Source: Octopus sinensis
Taxonomy: Eukaryota
DNA length: 64,000 nucleotides
Assembly: GCF_006345805.1 (NCBI RefSeq)
Contig: NW_021829853.1
Span: 208,831 to 272,830 of the forward strand
Direction of reading: 5' to 3'
The notes below the pieces were generated by a model, which saw only the letters and a list, made by a program, of their open reading frames with translations, was not told where the DNA came from and made no database searches. Positions 37,540-50,673 of the stretch are shown piece after piece (position 1 is the stretch's first letter; each line of letters begins with the position of its first letter). The position numbers and the translations under genes were made by a program.

Positions 37540-37812
37540 TTTGTGAAGTTCTGCACTCGAGGAGAAGACCTATGAAGCCAAGTGAAATTGTAGTCGTGGC
37601 TGTTGCTGGTGTCCTGTAAATGGCACCTGTGCCGGTGGCACACAAAAAGCACCCATTACACTCTGTGGAGTGGTTGGCATTAGGAACGGAATTTAGCCAT
37701 AGAAACTTTGCCAAAATACACCCAACTGGAGCCTGGTGCAGCTCTCTGGCCTTGCCAGCTCCTGTCAATTTGTTTAATCCATAGCAGCATGGAAAATGAA
37801 CATTTTTTTTAA
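37540..37812 (+). mobile_element. Family A copy including the RTE ORF end
   Basis: gaggagaagacctatgaagccaagtga (EEKTYEAK*) directly precedes the UTR repeat. Confidence 0.75.
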
Positions 37813-38664
37813 AATGATGAGGAATACACACACACCAAAAGTAAAACTCAGCCCTTGATAAGAAATATTGACTGAATGCTTCATAAATGAAAGTATCTGG
37901 AACTGAAGCAGAGCAACCAGAAGCTCCTTCTTCTCCTCCTCACCACCACCACCACCACCACCAACAACAACAACAGCAAGGCTGTGATGATCATCGACCC
38001 GAACATTTGTTGTTTTATTACGATTTGATTGGCAAAGTAGCTCAGAAGATGGCTTCATACCATCCACGTGTGAATCGAATGCATGTTTTATTAAATCTTT
38101 CTCAAGATCTTTCTAAGGTTCCAACCAAGCATGGATAAAGTTTATGATTTGCTCTACGTCAGAAGATCAAACTCACAAACAGTGACCTCTTTATGTCAGC
38201 TAACTAGAATTCTTGGTCAGGAAGGAGATCTTAACAAGCTCTTTAAAGTTACACTTGCTGCTTTTCCCTCCATGATTTTGCATTAATTACTTATTATTTT
38301 ATTATTTGTTATTTAAAAAAACATAAAAAAAAAAAAGAATTTTGTATACTTTTTTTAGGTTAAAAAAATGTTAACAGGTTTTGCTTTCATTCAAGATGTG
38401 AAGAGACCAAGGTGTGCATTTAATGTCTCTCTCTCCTATCTATCTATCTTATCTATCTCTATCATGTGTGTAGTTTGTGTGTGTACAAGGAATATATTTA
38501 TTCTGCAATACCCGTTTGATTCCTTTCATTTCTAAGTTCATCTCGACATGCTTAGTTTTTGTGCAGGGGTGTGTATGTATATATATATGTATATGTTTGT
38601 TTTATTTTTGCATTTATATAAGTTTAAGCATGTGTGTTTACTTAAATAATAGCAATACTTTCAT

Positions 38665-39930
38665 ATTTCGGCACAAGGCCAGCAATTTTGGGAAGGCGAT
38701 AAGTTTACATTGACCCCAGTGCGTAACTGGTGCTTATTTCATTGACTCTGAAAAGATGAACAAAATCAACTTCAGCCGAATTTGAACTCAGACAGAATGC
38801 CACTAAGTGTTTTAACCAGCGTGCTAACGGTTCTCCTACCTTGACATTAATAATGATAATAACTACTTAAGTTTTATAGTATAATAATAATAATAAGGGT
38901 TTCAGATTTTGCTACAAGGGCCACAATTTTGGGAGAGGGGATTAGTTAATTACATCGACCCCCAGTATTTCACTGTTACTTAATTTATCCACTTTGAAAG
39001 GATGAAAGGTAAAGTCGAACCTGATGGAATTTGATTTCAGAACGTAATGGCAGATGAAATACTGCTAAGCATTTCGCCCAGCATGCTGACGTTTCTTATT
39101 TCTTTATTGCCCACGTAGAGGAGACAAACAAGGACAGACAAACGGATTAAGTCGATTATATTGATCCTAGTGTGAAACTGGTACTTATTTAATCGACCCC
39201 GAAAGGATGAAAGGCAAAGTTGACTTCAGAATTTGAACTCAGAACATAACGGCAGACGAAATACCGCTTAGCATTTTGCCCGGTGTGCTAACATTTCTGC
39301 CAGCCCGCCGCCTTAACGATTCTGTCAGCTCATCACCTTTATAATAATAATATCCTTTTCTACTACAGACACCAGGTCTGAAATTTGTGGAGAGAGGACC
39401 AATTGATTACATCAACCCCAGTATGCACTGGTACTAAATTTATCAACCTGAAAGGATGAAATGCAAAGTCGATCTTGACAGAATTTGAACTCGGAGCGTA
39501 AAGATGGATGAAATATCGCTAAGCATTTTGTCCAACATGCTAACGATTTTGCCAGCTTGCTGCCTTAATGATAATTATAATTTTTTCTACTGGAGGCACA
39601 AGGCATCAAATTTTCTGGGAGGGGACTAGTTGATTACATCGACCCCAATTCATGTCTGGTACTTATTTAATCGACCCCGAAAGGATGAAAGGCAAAGTTG
39701 AACTCGGAATTTGAATTCGAAACGTAGCAGCAGATGAAATACTTATTTCTTTATTGCCCACAAGGGGCTAAACGTAGAAGGGACAGACAAACGGATTAAG
39801 TCGATTACATCGAACCCAGTGCATAACTGGTACTTAATTTATCGACCCTGAAAGGATGAAAGGCAAAGTCGACCTCGGTGGAAGATGAAATACTGCTAAG
39901 CATTTTGTCTGGTGTGCTAATGATTTTGCC
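38665..39930 (-). mobile_element. Cluster of ~6 head-to-tail family B SINEs
   Basis: The gaccccgaaaggatgaaaggcaaagtcgac block is repeated; units are separated by (TAA)n tails. Confidence 0.9.
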
Positions 39931-40409
39931 ATGTAAGGACAAACACAGGACGGAAAGTATAAAGGGTTTTGCGAAAAAGAAAAGTCCGTGTAAACATATG
40001 ATAACAGTGAAAAATATAACAATTAGAAAGAACTCCCAATAGGGGGAGGTGCTTTGAAAGGTTACTCGTGGAAAAACCTATAAAAGCCATGGGAGCCTGG
40101 TCAAACGAGGAGAGAGCCCTTTCAACTTTTATATTCCATTTTTTTTTTTTTACTGGTGTAACCTCAGAATTGGTCTGTTCACCCAACTTTCAATAAATTT
40201 TAATAATAATAATGGTTTCTAATTTTGGCACAAGGCCAGCAGCTGTGCAGGGAGGGGGTTGGTCAGTCCTATTGACCCTAGTTTTTATGAAGGCGGGTGA
40301 GGGAAAATGGTGGGGACATCAACCCTTTTGGGATTCACATTACTCTGTCAAATGTAATGCTGCTTTCTTCATATTGCTTAGAATAAATCCTGCATTATCT
40401 TGTAGCTTT

Positions 40410-40720
40410 GAGGCTGGCATGGGCTGGACGGTTTGACTGAGGACTGGCAAGCCAGCAGGCTGTACCATGCTCCAATCTGATCTGGCAATGTTTCTACAAC
40501 TGGATGCCCTTCCTAACGCCAACCACTCTGAGAGAGTATTGGGTGCTTTTTACGTGCCAGTGGCACAAGAGCCAGTCAGGTGCCACTGGCATTGACCATG
40601 CTCGAATAGTGCTTTGTACATGCCACCAACACAGGGAGCCAGTCAGATGGCACTGGAATTGACCATGCTTGAATGGTGCTTTTTATGTGCTACCAGCACA
40701 GGAGCCAGTCAGGCAGCACT
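40410..40720 (-). mobile_element. Family A copy
   Basis: Family motifs. Confidence 0.8.
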
Positions 40721-41777
40721 GAATGGGGCCAATTTCAATGTTAAAAGGGCTAAATGGTTTGTGATAATTTGTAAAAAAAACCTTTTCATTTCAGTTTCAA
40801 ATCCTGCCAACATCAATTTTGCTTTTTATCCTCCATATGAAGTACTGGATCAGTTTCACCAACATCTCTTTCTCTCTCTCCCTCTTCTAAACTTTGTGGA
40901 TGTGTCTCATTAGTATAAATCAATATTCATCACCACCAGCATCATCATCATCATCTTCCTCCTCATTTGTCTGCTTTCCTTGCTCTCATGGGTTGGATGC
41001 TTTGACAAGGAACAGCAAGCTGCAGGGCTGTGTTGAGCTCTGGTGTTGTTAATCTCATTTTAAAAATGGCTAAGATGGCATAGTTACAATATTGGAAGAA
41101 ATCAATTACATTATTTAGTTTGTTCCTCATGGTTTTGAGTTCAAATCTTCACAGGGTTACCTGTGTGTGAGGGTGTTTGATAAATACCAGTAATCTCTTG
41201 GGGGAGGTTGATGAAATCAACTTGCCATGTTCAGCAGTTGGTCTCCTCTGTAAGTAACGAATCATTATTTCTGGTCTCAGGAGAAAACAAATATTAAAGA
41301 GAAAAATATATTAATAGAGTGAAAATTTTAATTACATGAATGTTATTATTAATTATACAAAAATATATTTATATTACTTTTAATTTATACATTTTAAAAT
41401 TATTTTAATTAATTTGAAATATTGTTTTTAATTATAACAGTCATTTCTTTTTTTTCCAAATTTAATCACTTAGAGATACTTTCTCTGCTGTTAGCTCGAG
41501 TTATCTGGTAGGGTTAACACTGGGGATATGCTAATTTGGGATAATTAACAAAATGAACCCTAATTTGTTAAAGTACACAGATGATGGAAAATGCTTCCAA
41601 GAAAGTAAAGGTAGGGGAGTGAGGTGGGTGGGGGTAGTGTCAGTTGTTCTTTGTCATTTTCCCTTTGTTGTTGTTGTAGTCAATATTGGTCAAGCCAGTC
41701 TATGCTAAAAAATAATACAGCCATGACCCATTTTTGGGGGGTATTTATAGAATTTATTATATTGTGGATTTTCTTAA

Positions 41778-42053
41778 CCCTGTCACACCAAAATTCTGCT
41801 GGAATTTTGGTAAAGAAGTAATGAGCAACATGTAGAAATAGAAGCAGCAGCTGACTCTGTCTGTCTGTCGGTCAGTTGCCGATTCTGTCTGTTGGTTAGC
41901 TACTGATTCCGTCCGTTGGTCAGCTGCCAATTCTGTCCATTGGTCAGCTGCTGATTCTGTCCACTCATGAGCTGTGTTTGCAACTATTTCTTTTGGGGCT
42001 CAGAAGCCCAGGTGGAGAATAAAGTTAGACATAGTGCTCCAGGTTTGAGAATG
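41778..42053. mobile_element. piggyBac-type non-autonomous element containing a 24-bp tandem repeat
   Basis: TTAA-CCCTGTC start, TTAA at 42054-42057, right end shared with 19750-19832. Confidence 0.5.
41870..41965. repeat. 24-bp tandem repeat, ~4 units
   Basis: cagctgccgattctgtccgttggt-like units. Confidence 0.8.
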
Positions 42054-42351
42054 TTAAAATTGTAGGGTGTGTGTGTGTGTGATTTGAGTGGTATTTGGCT
42101 GCTATTTCTAGCTGTTTAAGAAGCCATCTAGAGGCTCCCTTCTTGGTTTGTTTGTAAAAGGAAATGAAATGGTTTCTAGCAGACACTGAACAAATATGAT
42201 CAAAGAATTAAATTGTGCGACAAAGAAACAGTCAGAATTATCTGAGAAATACAAAGTTAGAAAGGAATTGGTTGTCAGTCTGTGGAATATGTCAGGAACC
42301 TAAAAGACTCGAGAGAGAACCAAGCCCTGCATGACACGCTGATCTGCATTC

Positions 42352-43147
42352 TTTTATTCTTTTACTTGTTTCAGTCATTTGACTGCGACCATGCTGGAGC
42401 ACCTACTTTGGTCGAACAAATCAACCCCAGGACTTATTCTTTGTAAGCCTAGTACTTATTCTATTGGTCTCTTTTGCTGAACTACACTAAGTTAAGGGGA
42501 CGTAAACACACTGACATTGGTTGTCAACCAATGGTGCAAGGACAAACACACACACACATGATAGTCTTCTTTCAGTTTCCGTCTACCAAATCCACTCACG
42601 AGGCTTTGGTCAGCCCAAGGCTATAGTAGAAGATACTTGCCCAAGGTGCCACACAATGGGACTGAACCTGGAACCATGTGGTTGGGAAGCAAGCCTTTTA
42701 CCACACAGCCACTCCTGTGTCTATATGTATGTGTATGAATTCAGCATGACCTAGTGTGACTGGTGTATGACTGTATCTCTGACTTCCTCATTTGTCTGTG
42801 TGTCTTTCATTTATTTCAGTTGTTTGATTGTACTGGGGTTGTTTAGTGAAATGAACTGATTCCAGAACTTTTTTTCTAAGCCTGCTTACTTATTCTGTTG
42901 GTCTGTTTTGGCAAACTGCTTAATAATGGGGACATAAACACATCAGCACTGGCCGTCAAGCAGTGGTGGGACACACACACACACACATGATGGGCTTCTT
43001 TTCAGTTTCTGTCTATCAAATCTACTCACATGGCTTTGGTTGGCCTGAAACCATAATAGAACTCACTTGCCCTGGTGCCACACTGTGGGACTGAACCTAG
43101 AACCATTTGGTTGTGAAGCAATCTTCTTACCACACAGCCATGCCTAT
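42352..43147 (-). mobile_element. Two composite SINE copies (ggcaccttgggcaagtgtc head family + gactgcggccatgctggagcacc tail family)
   Basis: The same two-part text occurs at 42352-42718 and ~42820-43147; related heads at 2281-2450, 58245-58368 and 62905-63050. Confidence 0.75.
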
Positions 43148-43155
43148 GCTTATAT

Positions 43156-43194
<39 letters not shown>

Positions 43195-43933
43195 CTTATA
43201 CTAAAACTCTAGGGATGTTTGTATGTATTCGAAATATTTCAGAAACGGTATATTTTATCTTAGTTTTTTTTGCATATTTATTTTCATACTTGACTTGGCA
43301 GTGCAGTACAAATTTTTGTGATATTTGGACCTCTATTATTGAGATGAAAAGGATTAAACACAATTTTTGTTTGTTATTTCTTGACAAAAAAAAAATAACA
43401 TGGCTTCTGTGACGACAACACACATACAAAATACACACAAATATAATGAATTCATAGCATGTCAATCAACACAAACACCCATCTACTATCTGTGACATAT
43501 ACACACACACATAGTCTTTGCATCTCTAAGACAAAAAGAAAGTTGACTTTTTGTTGTACACAATATTTTTATTATTTAGAAATATTTAAAACTGAATGTG
43601 ATTTCAAAAATGTAAGTTGTTTGTACAGTCGGTATTTATATTTTAGTTTTCTTTAAACAGACAATATTTTAATGTCTGGAGTTCATTAATTTCCGTAAAA
43701 AAATTTTGTTTTAAAGTGAAAAAGAGGAGAAAATGAAAGATGTATGAACTTGTATATGAAATGGACGTGTGTGTGTGTGTGTGAAAGAAGAAGAAAGAGA
43801 AAGAGAGAGTGAGTGAAGGGGTGTGTTGTTGTATATGTACATACATCAATACATATATGTACATCTTTTTTGTTTGTACATGAGAGAGAGAGAAAGTGAG
43901 TGAATGAGTGTGTGTATTTTCATGTATAAGTGG

Positions 43934-43965
<32 letters not shown>

Positions 43966-44171
43966 TCCTTTCCATATACAAGTTCATACATCTTTCACTT
44001 TCTTCTCTCTTTCACTTTAAAATAAAAGTAAATAAAAATTTTTTTACGGAAATTAAGGAACAAAACCAGCTGGACCGGATGACAGTTCTGTTAGTTAAAG
44101 TGAAAGATTGCCCCAAGGGAATACCATTACAAAACTTTTTTCAACTGCATTCAGCATATCTCAGCTCCAAA

Positions 44172-44284
44172 GATTTGGCTGCTATTTCTAGCATGCCATG
44201 CTACCACGTGACAGCTATTTGTGATAAAAGACCCAAAATACCTGTTACGTGGTAGCAGGGCGTGCAAGAAATAGCAGCCGAATC
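44172..44284. repeat. Inverted repeat, 43-bp arms with 27-nt loop
   Basis: 44172-44214 pairs with 44242-44284 with five substitutions. Confidence 0.85.
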
Positions 44285-44438
44285 TTCCTTTTTCTGGGGA
44301 AAGGAACCATTTACGCATGATTTTGATGTCACAAAGGTTGAAAGCATGTGAAATAACCTGGAAAGAAAAAAAAAAAACCATGAAATAAAACTCCATTGCT
44401 GGGAAATTCAGACTTTTCAGGTGACCCAATGGGTCTAG

Positions 44439-44478
<40 letters not shown>

Positions 44479-45264
44479 CACCCATTACACTCTCGGAGTG
44501 ATTGATATTAGGAAGGGCATCCAGCTGTAGAAAACCATGCCAAATCAGACTGGAGTCTGGTGCAGCCATCCAGCTTAGCCCTGGTCATGTTGTCCAACAT
44601 GGACAACAGACGTTAAATGATGAGATATATATGAGAGAGACAGACTGCTCACAAAAGTGACGGAGGGTACTGACTAGCACCACTATTGCTAGAAATAACA
44701 GTTAAAACATTTCGAAAGCCACAAAAGCACTGTACTTAATGACTGACAAAGGGAGGTAAGTCCCCAGTGTATATAGCTGGATTGAATGATTTCGGATTTT
44801 GATGTACACCATCTTAATCCTCATGAGCGACGCTTAACGCTAAAGGCAGTCACGAGCCACCAGGGGAATTGTATTCGACCAGGCATATCATCATCATCCT
44901 CATTTCCGTGCATGGGTCAGACAGAATTTGTTTTGGCAGATTTCCCACAGCTGGACGCCCTCCCTGTTGCCAACCCTCCCCTGTTTCCAAGCAAGGTAAG
45001 AGTATATATTTCATCTGCAAGAATATGTGTCGTTCTGACCATAACAAGGTTGCATGGGGCCAGTTCTAATTGTGAGCTTTTCCTTTAGTAGACCTGCATT
45101 CTTTGCTTTGAGGGAGTGGCGTGGGGGTTGAAACCTAAGTTTGTCTTTGATTAATACCATATATGACATTATGGTAGAGTCATGATGGCTATGGAAAACG
45201 TCTGCACTATTATATTCTTTTGCATTTTATAATAGAATTATATGTCATGAAGTCTCAAACCCTT

Positions 45265-45640
45265 TTCATCATCATCATCGTTTAACGTCCATTTTCCATG
45301 CTAGCATGGGTTGGATGATATGACTGAGGTCTGGTGAACCAGACGGCCACACCAGGCTCTAATCTTGATCTGGCAGAGTTTCTACAGCTGGATGCCCTTC
45401 CTAACGCCAACCACTCCGAGAGTGTAGTGGGTGCTTCTACGTGCCATTGGCACAAGGGCCAGTCAGGCAGTGCTGGCAACGGCCACGCTCAAATAGTGCT
45501 TTTTATGTGCCACCTGCACAGGTGCCAGTCCAGCAGCACTGGCAACAACCTCACTCGAATGTTTTTTCACATGCCACCAGCACAAGTGCTAGTAAGGCGA
45601 TGCAGGTAACGATCATGCTCGTTACCTGCGTCGCCTTTTG
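45265..45640 (-). mobile_element. Family A, young subfamily
   Basis: Reverse complement closely matches 23205-23490. Confidence 0.85.
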
Positions 45641-45918
45641 TCAAACACATTTATGATGGTTCTGTTCTGCTATATTTCAGACATGTTGGAATAGAGTATC
45701 TGATACCGGATGCTGTATATATAATGGAATAACAGATGTACTTGTACTAATAATTCATATTAGCATAATATGATGAGTATACATGTGCTGCCCCCCAATC
45801 CTTTCCTTCCATGACCCTCTTAAGTCAAAACTCATATTACGACTAATGGTAACCATTAGTTCCAGGCTGACCATATTCTTGTGGGTGGATTTGGAAGAAG
45901 GAAACTGAAAGAAGCCTC

Positions 45919-45956
<38 letters not shown>

Positions 45957-46574
45957 ATATATATATATATATTGTCATCATTGTTTAACGTCCACCTTCA
46001 TGCTGGCATGGGTTGGATGGTTTGACAGAAGCTGGCCAGGTAGAAAACTACCCCAGGCTACTGTGTCTGTCCTGGCATGGTTTTTGTGGCCAGATGCCCT
46101 TCCTGACACCAACCACTCTGTTGAGTGGACCAATCATAAATGTAAAACAAAAGCGTTTGAGAGTTCATATTGTATAACGTCTGTATTAGAATTGGATCTT
46201 GAAGCACGTATAAAGTTATGAATAATAGCATATGAATATTGGCTTGGAAACCCCTTTTAGGATTGTGTGTGTGTGTGTGTGTTACTCCTTTGCTTGGCTT
46301 TGCATGATGGTCGTAAATGAGTGCCACTGCCATTCAAGTGCTGCCTGTTTCCCATCTTCTGGGAAAAGATGTCTGGTCATGGAGGAAGTGTTACTTTGCT
46401 TGGAAACTGACGAAGGTTGGTGACAGGAGGGGCATCCTGCCATAGCGAATCCACCTCTGCAGATTCCAGCCAACCCATGCCAGCATGGAAAAACAGACAT
46501 GAAACAGTGATGATGAAGATGATGATGATGCTGATGCTCTTACTGTCTGCTTCTTGTTTGTTTATTCACCACAG

Positions 46575-46626
46575 GAAATAGAGAGAAAAAGAAAGAAAGA
46601 AGGAATTCATTGGCAGACAAGTTAGG
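46575..46626 (+). CDS. Candidate exon (NREKKKERRNSLADKL)
   Basis: ttgtttattcaccacAG acceptor and GG|GTTAGT donor; open in phase 1 to 2. No linking phase 2 to 1 exon was found upstream. Confidence 0.3.
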
Positions 46627-46692
46627 GTTAGTGAATAGGCATGTAACACATGGTTATTCAACTTTCTTAAAATAGCAGTCTAATCTCTCACA

Positions 46693-49578
46693 TCGGGAGG
46701 CACTGAGCATATCCTCTCACTGCGCCTCTCGACTTCTTCTGGCTCAGTACATCTACTCAGCATCTATGCTCCCACTCTCTACAGCTCAGAGGAGACCAAG
46801 GACCAGTTCTACAAAGATCTCAACTGTGTCCTAGAAAATATACCAACGACTGAAAATATCTACCTTCTAGGGGATTTAACGCTCGCGTGGGATCTGACCA
46901 TGATTCGTGGCCCATTTGTGTTGGACACTTTGGTATTGGCAACATGAATGACAATGGTCAGAGACTACTCGAATTCTGCACATACCACAACCTGTGCATC
47001 ACAAACACATTCTTCACCAGCAAGCCATCCCACAAGGCATCCTGGAGACATCCAAGATCTCACCACTGGCATCAGCTGGATCTCATCATTACACGGAGAT
47101 CCTTTCTGAGTTCCACTCTATTGACCCGCAGTTACCACAGTGCGGATTGTGACACAGACCACTCACTAATTAGAAGCAGGGTGAGGATTCTCCCTAAAAA
47201 AGTCCATCGCTCCAAGAAGTGGGCCGACCACGCATCAACACCGCCAGAACCTCGGACCCTACACTGCGAAAATGTTTTGCTGCTTCTATCAAGGTTGCCC
47301 TCAGTAGCTGCCCAACCTCCTCTGCTGAAAGTAGGTGGGACTATATCAGGGAAGCCTTGTATACGACATCATTGGATACTTTCGGCATGAGAGAAAGGCA
47401 AAACCCAGATTGGTTCAATGCTGGGCTCTCAGAGCTGGAGCCAGTTATCGAAGCAAAGCGTGCAGCTCTGGTGCAATACAAGAGTGACTCTTCTACAAAG
47501 TCACTCGAAGAACTCAGAAAGGCACGAAATAAAACCCAACTGACAGCCAGATGCTGTGCAAATAGGTATTGGCAGGAAATCTGTCAGAGTATCCAGTCAG
47601 CTGCTGACAGGGGCGACACCCGTGGGATGTATGCTGGTTTGAAGAAGGCCCTCGGTCCATCCGCAACCAAGTCAGCCCCTCTGAAATCAACTACTGGAGA
47701 TCTCATCAGGGATCAAGGCAAGCAAATGGATAGATGGGTGGAGCACTACCAGGATCTCTACTCACGGGAGACCACAGTGGCTGAGGCTGCAGTCGAGAGT
47801 GTCAAGATCTTGCCAGTCATGTGCGAACTTGACAGTCCGCCATCTATAGCAGAGCTCACCAAGGCTGTTGACTCCCTAGCAAGAAATAAGGCTCCGGGAA
47901 AAGACGGCATCCCCTCAGAGATCATCAAAGCCGGCAAAAACACCATCCTGCTTCGGCACCTTCATGAGCTTCTGTGTCAGTGCTGGGAAGAGGGTACAGT
48001 CCCTCAGGATATGCGGGATGCCAACATCATTACGCTCTACAAAAACAAAGGTGACCGTGGTGATTGTAACAATTACCGTGGTATATCCCTTCTAAGCACT
48101 GTTGGAAAGACCTTTGCCCGCGTTATCCTGGCCAGGCTACAACTACTTGCTTCTCGAATCTATCCGGAATCGCAGTGTGGCTTTAGAAGAAGCAGATCAA
48201 CTATCGATATGATATTCTCCATACGCCAACTTCAGGAGAAGTCCAGAGAGCAGAAAATGTCATTATATATGGCCTTCATTGATCTAACAAAGGCTTTTGA
48301 CTCGGTAAGCAGAACAGGCCTCTTCCTCCTGCTCCAAAAAATCGGATGTCCACCAAAGCTGCTGAGGATCATCAAGTCTTTCCATGATGACATGCAAGGC
48401 ACCATACAGCACAACGGTTCAACATCAGTCGCCTTCCAAATAAAAAACGGGGTAAAACAAGGCTGTGTCCTCGCTCCTACATTGTTTGGCATCTTCTTCT
48501 CACTCTTGCTGTCACATGCCTTTCAGACATCAGATGATGGAGTGTTTCTGCACAGTAGAAGTGACGGGAAACTGTTCAATCTCTCGCGCCTGCGTGCCAA
48601 GACCAAAATCAGAAACGTCCTGATCAAGGAGATGTTATTTGCTGATGATGCCGCTCTGGTAACACACACAGAAGAAGCCCTCCAAAGGCTCATTAACTGT
48701 TTTGAGCAAGCATGTAACGACTTTGGCTTAGCTATCAGCCTTAAGAAGACCAACATCATGGGCCAGGCTACATCGGACATCCCAAACATACATATTGGAG
48801 ACCACAGATTACAAGAGGTGGAGAAGTTTACCTATCTGGGCTCTACCGTCACCTACAACCTATCCCTTGACGCTGAGCTCAATATACGCATTGGCAAGGC
48901 AGCTGCTGCGATGGCCCAACTCTCCAAACGGGCTTGGGACAACAATAAGCTGACCAAGACCACAAAAATGAAGATCTACCAGGCATGTGTACTCAGCACT
49001 CTACTGTATGGAAGCGAGACCTGGACGCTATACACACGCCAAGAGCGTCGCCTAAACATCTTTCACCTGCGCTGCCTCCGAAAAATCCTCCACATCAAAT
49101 GGCAGAATCATATCCCCAACAAAGATGTCCTCAGGCAAGCAGGAATACCAAGCATGTTTGCACTCCTCACACAAAGACGTATGAGATGGCTTGGGCATGT
49201 TAGCCGTATGAAAGATGGCAGAATCCCCAAGGACATACTCTACGGAGAGCTTGCTAGGGGTACTAGGTCTGTGGGTAGACCGATCTTGCGTTACAAGGAT
49301 GTTTGCAAAAGGGATATGAAGGCCTGCAACATCAAATTAGCAGTTGGGAGGCAGTCGCCGGCAACCGTGGAGAATGGCGACGTACAGTAAAAGAGGGTAT
49401 ACAGAGGAGTGACAGAAAGAGAGAGGAGAAATGGAAAGAAAGGAAGAGACATAAACAAGAGACCATGGCACTACAATCAGCCAGGAACAGTCTTCGCTAC
49501 ATTTGCAGTACCTGCCAGAGGGAGTGTTTGTCCAGGATAGGACTACACAGCCACAGCAAGAAATGTAACAGGAAATAA
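46693..49578 (+). pseudogene. EN-RT ORF of the RTE element, broken by three frameshifts (~46876, ~47219, ~49337)
   Basis: ORF-track pieces 46887-47390, 47219-49390 and 49303-49578 are consecutive parts of one RTE protein. Confidence 0.9.
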
Positions 49579-49666
49579 AATATAACAGCCGGACTAGACC
49601 TAGAAAAAAAAAAAAAAAAATGCGCAACTCCATTGTCTCCCGAGACAGAAAGGATGCCAAACAAAC
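46693..49666 (+). mobile_element. RTE-clade LINE, 5'-truncated, recent insertion
   Basis: APE endonuclease motifs (SIYAPT, GDFNARVG, DHS), RT (FADD at 48638-48649, QG..LAP, YLG) and C-terminal CxxC..H finger. Has a 3' stem-loop and (AAAC)n tail; TSD AATCTCTCACA at 46682-46692 and 49667-49677. Confidence 0.95.
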
Positions 49667-49994
49667 AATCTCTCACAAATCATGCCCCCACCTCTTCATC
49701 TTAAACAAAGGCTGTATAGAACCCAAAAGCTGTGGTTTCTCTCTGTTGCCCATTGCAACATCATGTCTACAGAAATTCAGAAGAATGGTTATGATCAAAA
49801 ATGGAAATACTTCTGGCTGCTGAAAAACTCCAAATTAATTCAAGCCAAGGTTTAAATATTTTCTGTCGGAATCAGTGTTAAATGGTAGGGATAATATGGA
49901 GAGAAAATGAAATAGTCTAAGACATGATCTTTTCTTGGTGGTATTGGTAGATTCCTTAGACTTTTCCAATATTATAGGAATATTAGTTGTCAGG

Positions 49995-50415
49995 AATGCT
50001 AAGAGCACCATTTGAGCGTGATTGTTGCCAGGGTCGCTGACTGCCCGCCCCCGTGCCAGTGACATGTAAAAAGCACCATTCGAGCGTGATCGTTACCTGC
50101 GTCGCCTTACTGGCACTTGAGTCGGTGGTATGCGAAAAACAACATTTTAGCGAGGGTGTTGCCAGTGCTGCTGACATGTAAAAAACACCATTTGAGCATG
50201 GCTGTTGCCTGTACCGCCTGACTGGCCCTTGTACCAGTGGCATGTAAAAGCACCCACTACACTCTCGGAGTGGTTGGTGTTAGGAAGGGCATCCAGCTGT
50301 AGAAACTTTGCCAAGTCAGTTGGAGACTGGTGCAGCCATCTAGCTTACCAGTCCTCAGTCAAACTGTCCAACCCATGCCAGCATGGAGAACGGACGTTAA
50401 TTGATGATGATGAGG
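49995..50415 (+). mobile_element. Family A copy
   Basis: Family motifs, several hairpin units, GAT tail. Confidence 0.85.
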
Positions 50416-50461
50416 ACAATTCCAGGCAAGAGTTTTAGTATTTTAATATTTTACTATAAGC

Positions 50462-50673
50462 AAGGCAGTGAGCTGGCAGAAACGTTAGCACACTGGGCGA
50501 AATGCTTCACCATATTTTGTCTGTCTACGTTCTGAGTTCAAATTCCACTGAGGTCGACTTTACCTTTCATCTTTTCGGGGTCGATAAATTAAGTACCAGT
50601 TGCGTACTGGGTTTGATCTAATTGACTGCCCCCTACCCCAAATTTTGGGTCTTGTGCTTAGAGTAAAAAAGAA
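50462..50673 (+). mobile_element. SINE family B
   Basis: Full head and tail; flanks atattttactataagc / atattttgctatagc resemble a TSD. Confidence 0.9.

Noticed and set aside
37887-38138. His/Gln-rich ORF
   Set aside because: Driven by CAC/CAA microsatellites; no credible splice sites or domain.
41474-41507. Possible 34-nt exon (DTFSAVSSSYL)
   Set aside because: Splice sites are plausible, but the phase (2 to 0) links to no other candidate. Too short to support without RNA data.
43194-43330. Helitron-like 5' end (tcttatactaaaa...gtttgtatgt)
   Set aside because: No 3' hairpin/CTRR end or second copy is visible; it is only a resemblance.
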